Assembly (NCBI RefSeq): GCF_009914755.1 | Contig: NC_060930.1 | Source of the DNA: the human T2T-CHM13v2.0 reference genome, Homo sapiens | Reading direction: 5' to 3' (one strand) | DNA: 64,000 nucleotides | Part shown: positions 54,217 to 64,000 of the stretch, one piece after another | Layout: the number at the start of each line of letters is the position of its first letter | Numbering within the stretch: position 1 is the stretch's first letter | Made by a program: the position numbers and the translations under genes | The notes under the pieces: generated by a model | What the model saw: only the letters and a program-made list of their open reading frames with translations | Databases searched by the model: none | What the model was told of the DNA's origin: nothing

Positions 54217-57200
54217 GACTACAATTCACTCAATAGAAAATAGGTGACAAAAATAGCCCTAAGGAAATTTCCTTTAAGGAAATTGAAGTCATAATTTTTA
54301 AATCACAAAAAAGGAAATCTCCAGACACAGAGAGTTTCACTAGAGAAATCTACCAAGTGTTTAAAGAATTAACACCAGTTCTACCCAATTTATTTTCAAA
54401 AATCAAAGAGGAAGGAACACTTTTTTTTTTATGAAACTGGTGTTACCCTGAAGTCAAAACCAGAAAAAAAATGGTTAAAAAATTTAAAAACTATAGATCA
54501 AGATTTCTCATGAATGTAGACATAAAACTCCTTAACAAAGTGTTAGCAAATAAAATCCAACAGTATATAAAAAGAATTATATACCACGACCAATTGGAAC
54601 TTATTCCAGAAATAGGAAGCTATATTAATATTCAAAAGTTAATCAATATAATTTACTGTGATAGAAATTAATAGGCTAAAGAAGAAAAATCACAGGAAAA
54701 TGTAATTGTGGCAGAAAAAAAATTTGACAAAATAAACACCCATACAGAAAAAAAGGAATAGAGAGGGATTTTCACAACTTGATAAATAATATATGTAGAC
54801 ATGTAAACACCTTACACTATATATTTGATTTAAAAAAAATGTTTTCCCCCTAAGATTGAAAATATGGAGCAAAGATGTCAGTTCTCATGACTCCTATTCA
54901 TGTAGTTTTGGAAGTTCTAGCTAATGCAATAAGGTAAGAAAAAGCAATAAAAGATATACAGATTGGAAAGAAAGAAAGAATACAACTAGCTCTATATGCA
55001 GATGACATGATTGCCTATATAGAACATCTGAAGAAATGTATTAAAATATTCCTAGAACCATTAAATGAATACAGTAAGGTCACATGATATAAGATAAATA
55101 CACAAAAACAATTATGTTTTTACAAACTACCAATAAACACATGGGCACAAAGATTTAAAAATACAATACCATTTACAACTGTGTAGCTATTAATCTCAGA
55201 AAGCATGTAGAGGATTAAATGATATACATATACTAAAAAATGCTATATGTCAATGAAAGAAATCAAAGAAGGACTAAATAAATAGAGAGACATATTGTAT
55301 TCATTGATTGATAGACTCAATATTGGGAAGTGTAAATTATCCCCAAAGAAATGACATATCGGTTTCATGAAGCTCCTATGAAAATCTCAGCAAGTAATTT
55401 TTTAGATCTAGGCAAAATTATTTAAAATGTACATGAAAAAAAACACAGGAAATAACATAGCTAAAAGACTTTTGAAAAAGAATAAACAAGTGGGAGAAAT
55501 CAATCTACCCAATTTCAAGACTTACTTTCCAGCTATAACAATCAAGACTATACAGTTTTGGCAGAGGAACAGACACCCATAGATTGATAAAACAGAACAG
55601 AGATCCCAGAAAAAGACTCACACACATGCACTCAACTGACTTTGACAGGGGAGATACAGCAATTTAGTGGAGGAAAGATAGCCTTTTCAACAAATAATAA
55701 AGGAACAAAAGAATCAGTAAATATCTACCTAAACACTAGATCTGATACAAAAACTAACTCAAAATGAATCACAGACTTAAATGTAAAATGTAAATCACAA
55801 AACATGTAGATAGAGACCAAGGAGAAAATATTCAGGATCTAGGACTGAGCAAAGAATTTCCAGATTTGACACAAAACACAATCCATTAAATAAACAATTG
55901 GTAAATTAGAGTTCATCAAAATTAAAATGTTTTTCCATGAGATACACCTTGTTAAGAGAATAAAGAGTTACAAGTAGAAAATGTTAGCAATTTATATACC
56001 TGCCAAAGACTTACATCAAGAATCAATAAAGAGCTCTCAAGACACAACCTTAAGAGAAAAACAATCTAATTAAAACAAACAAAAGATTTAAGCAGAACAT
56101 GTCTCTAGAAGAATGAATCTAGACCCTCATCTCTCACCTTATACAAAAATCAACTCAAGATGGATCAAATACTTAAATGTAAGACCTGAAACCATAAACA
56201 TTCTAGAAGATAACATTGGAAAAACTCTTTTAGACATTGGCTTAGGCAAAGAGTTCTTGACCAAGAATCCAAAAGCAAATGCAACAAAAACAAAGATAAA
56301 TATGTGGTATCTAATTAAACTAAAAAGCTTCTGCACAGCAAAAGAAATAATCAGTAGTGTAAACAGATGACCTACATAGTGGAAGAAAATATTTGCAAAC
56401 TGTGTATCTAACACAGGACTAATATCCAGAATCTACAATGAACTCAAACAAATCAGCAAGAAAAAAACAAATAATCATGTCAAAAAGTGGGCAAAGAATA
56501 TGAATAGACAGTTCTCAGAAAAAGATATGCAAGAGAAATAATAAGCAGTGAAATAATCAGCAAGAGAAATAATCAGCAGTGTAAACAGCCAACCTACAGA
56601 GTGGGAGAAAATATTCACAAACTAGTCATCGGACAAAGAATTATTATCCAGAGTCTACAAACAACTCAAACAAATCAGCCAGAAAAAAAATAAATAATAA
56701 ATAATCCCATCAAAAAGTAGGCAAAGGACATGAATAGACAATTCTCAAAAGAAGATATACTAATGGCCAACAAACATATGAAAAAATGCTCAACATCACT
56801 AATTATCAAGGAAATGCAAATCAAAACCACAACAAGATATCACCTTATTACTGCAAGAATGGCCATTATTAAAAAATCAAAAAGTAGGGAGCCAAGATGG
56901 CCAAATAGGAACAGCTCCAGCCTACAGCTCCCAGCATGAGCGACGCAGAAGATGGGTGATTTCTGCATTTCCATCTGAGGTACCAGGTTCATCTAACTAG
57001 GGAGTGCCAGACAGTGGGTGCAAGACAGTGGGTAGAGTGCACCGTGCGCGAGCCGAAGCAGGGCGAGGCATTGCCTCACTCGGGAAGTGCAAGGGGTCAG
57101 GGAGTTCCCTTTCCTAGTCAAAGAAAGGGGTGACAGACAGCTCCTGGAAAATCGCGTCACTTCCACCCTAATACTGCGCTTTTCCAATGGGCTTAAAAAA

Positions 57201-57257
57201 CGGCACCCCAGGAGATTATATCCCGCACATGTCTTGGAGGGTCCTACTCCCACAGTC

Positions 57258-57332
57258 TCACTGATTGCTAGCACAGCAGTCTGAGATCAAACTGCAAGGC
57301 AGCAGCAAGGCTAGGGGAGGGGCGCCTGCCAT
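57258..57332 (-). pseudogene. L1 ORF0, truncated at codon 25
   Basis: Reads MAGAPPLALLLPCSLISDCCASNQ*; TGA replaces the consensus Arg codon. Confidence 0.8.
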
Positions 57333-57907
57333 TGCCCAGGCTTGATTAGGTAAACAAAGCAGCTGGGAAGCTCGAACAGGGTGGAGACCACCACAGCTCA
57401 AGGAGGCCTGCCTGCCTCTGTAGGCTCCACCTCTGGGGGCAGGGCACAGACAAACAAAAAGACAGCAGTAACCTCTGCAGACTTAAATGTCCCTGTCTGA
57501 CAGCTTTGAAGAGAGTAGTGGTTCTCCCAGTACAAAGCTGGAGATCTGAGAACGGGCAGACTGCTTCCTTAAGTGGGTCCTTGACCCCGGAGCAGCCTAA
57601 CTGGGAGGCACCCCCAGTAAGGGCAGACTGACACCTCACACGGCTGGGTACTCCTCTGAGACAAAACTTCCAGAGGAATGATCAGGCAGCAGCATTTTGA
57701 GTTCACCAAGATCTGCTGTTCTGCAGCCACTGCTGCTGATACCCAGGCAAACAGGGTCTGGAGTGGACCTCTAGCAAACTCCAACAGACCTGCAGCTGAG
57801 GGTCCTGAGTGTCAGAAGGAAAACTAACAATAAGAAAGGACATCCACATCAAAATCCCTTCTGTATGTCACCATCATCAAAGACCAAAAGTAGATAAAAC
57901 CACAAAG

Positions 57908-58926
57908 ATGGGGAAAAAACAGAGCAGAAAAACTGGAAACTCTAAAAAGCAGAGTGCCTCTCCTCCTCCAAAGGAACGCAGCTCCTCACCAGCAATGGAA
58001 CAAAGCTGGACAGAGAATGACTTTGACAAGCTGAGAGAAGAAGGCTTCAGACAATCAAACTACTCCGAGCTACAGGAGGAAATTCAAACCAATGGCAAAG
58101 AAGTTAAAAACTGTGAAAAAAAAAATTAGACAAATGGATAACTAGAATAACCAATGCAGAGAAGTCCTTAAAGGGGCTGATGGAGCTGAAAGCCAAGGCT
58201 TGAGAACTACATGAATAATGCAGAAGCCTCAGCAGCCAATTTGATCAACTGGAAGAAAGGATATCAGTGATGGAAGATGAAATGAATGAAATGAAGCGAG
58301 AAGGGAAGTTTAGATAAAAAAGAATAAAAAGAAATGAACAAAGCCTCCAAGAAATATGGGACTATGTGAAAAGACCAAATCTACATCTGATTGGTGTACC
58401 TGAAAGTGACAGGGAGATTGGAACCAAGTTGGAAAACACTCTGCAGGATATTATCCAGAAGAACTTCCCAAATCTAGCAAGGCAGGCCGACATTCAGATT
58501 CAGGAAATACAGAGAACGCCACAAAGATACTCCTCGAGAAGAGCAACTCCAAGACACATAATTGTCAATTTCACCAAAGTTGAAATGAAGGAAAAAATGT
58601 TAAGGGCAGCCAGAGAGAAAGGTCCAGTTACCCACAAAGGGAAGCTGTTAGTCTTAACAGCAGATCTCTCAGCAGAAACTCTACAAGCTAGAAGAGAGTA
58701 GGGGCCAGCATTCAACATTCTTAAAGAAAAGAATTTTCAACCCAGAATTTCATATCCAGCCAAACTAAGCTTCATAAGTGAAGGAGAAATAAAATCCTTT
58801 ACAGACAAGCAAATGCTGAGAGATTTTGTCACCACCAGGCATGCCCTAAAAGAGCTCCTGAAGGAAGCACTAAACATGGAAAGGAACAACTGGTACCAGC
58901 CACTGCAAAAACATGACAAAATGTAA
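57908..58926 (+). pseudogene. L1 ORF1p (RNA chaperone), disrupted
   Basis: MGKKQSRKTGNSK start; frameshift in the A run at ~58116-58125 and in-frame stops (e.g. 58201). Confidence 0.93.
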
Positions 58927-58989
58927 AGACCATCAAGACTAGGAAGAAATTGCATCAACTAATGAGCAAAATAACCAGCTAACATCATA

Positions 58990-62811
<3,822 letters not shown>

Positions 62812-64000
62812 ACAATGAGAACACAAGGACACAGGAAGGGGAGCATCACACTCCGGGTACTGTTGTGGGGTGGTGGGAGGGGGGAGGGAAAGCATTAGGA
62901 GATATGCCTAATGCTAAATGACGAGTTAATGGGTGCAGCACACCAACATGGCACATGTATACATATGTAAGAAACCTGCACATTGTGCACATGCACGCTA
63001 AAACTTAAAGTATAATAATAATAAAATAAAATTAAAAAAAAGAAAAAAAATCAAAAAGTAACAGATTTTGGCAAGGATGTGGTGAAAAAGGAACACTTTT
63101 ACACTGCTGATGGGAATGTAAACTAGTACAATCACTATGGAAAACAGTATAGAGATTTCTTAAAGAACTAAAAGTAGAACTACCATTTGATCCAGCAATC
63201 CCACTACTGGGTATCTACCCAGAGGAAAAGAATTCATTATATTAAAAAGACACTTGCACATGCATCTTTATAGCAGCATAATTTTCAGCTGCAAAAATAC
63301 GGACCCAGCACAAATGCCCATCAAGCAACAAGTGGAGATTATATATATATATATTTATCTAGTAATACTACTCAGCCATAAAAAAAAAAAGAATGAAATA
63401 ATGGCATTTGCAGTAACCAGGATGGAGTTGGAGACCATTGTTCTAAGTGAAGTAATTCGGGAATGGAAAACCAAACATTGTATGTTTTCACTTATAAGCG
63501 GGAAATAAGCTATGAAGATGTAAAGGCGTAAGAATAATACAATGGGCTTTGGGGAATCAGGGGGAATGGTGGGAGGGGAATGAGGAATAGAAGACCATAC
63601 ATTGGGAACATCATACACTGTTTGGGTGATTAGTGTAGCAAAATCACAGAAATCACCACTAAAGAACTTTTCCATGCAACCAAACACCACCTGTTCCCCA
63701 AAACTATTGAAATAAAAAGAAAAAGAAAATGGCAAATAAGCACACAAAAATATTCAACATAATTATTCATTAAAGAAAGGCACATTGAAACATTAGCGAG
63801 ATTTACCACACATGTAGTAAAAAAGTTTAAATTTAACAAAAAACTTCCCAAGTTTTAGCAAAGATGTGGCGAAACTTTAACTCTTATATATGGCTGGTGG
63901 CAATGTAAAATGGCACAATTTGGAAAACTGGCCACTTATTTAAAATGTCAGCATATACTTAGCACATAATTCAGCTATTCTCATTTACCTATCTGCCCAA

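Larger units (their letters stand above)
49800..56105 (+). mobile_element. Old near-full-length L1M (MC/MD-type): 5' region, ORF1 and ORF2 remnants; resumes at ~63725
   Basis: Decayed endonuclease start (cattaaatgtaaatggtctaaat ~52627; caagaaactca), RT tatgcagatgacatgatt (YADD, ~54995), ORF track 54471 peptide similar to L1 ORF2. Confidence 0.85.

Overview
AT-rich primate (human-like) genomic DNA, identified by Alu J/S/Y, L1PA/L1PB/L1M, THE1/MLT1, MER21 and MIR content. I see no intact host protein-coding gene, RNA gene or CRISPR array. Both ends (about 1-20 kb and 49-64 kb) are almost entirely transposon-derived. They include a full-length but inactivated L1PA4-like element (56887-63044, 16-bp TSD) nested in an L1PB, itself nested in an older L1M. 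The repeat-poor middle (about 20.5-48.5 kb) is the interesting part. It holds (i) a series of + strand exon-like segments, several phase-compatible, with canonical splice sites and decayed reading frames, some resembling RGS-domain motifs. This suggests an unprocessed multi-RGS-domain pseudogene, read by eye and unconfirmed. It also holds (ii) a ~427-bp non-repeat segment duplicated 2 kb downstream, (iii) a CpG-retaining enhancer-like island, (iv) CTCF-like motifs, and (v) small mutation scars: a 9-nt Alu micro-insertion with a perfect TSD, a perfect 59-bp-period tandem duplication, palindromes and filler DNA. Repeat subfamily names come from recalled consensus sequences, and boundaries are approximate unless a TSD is given.
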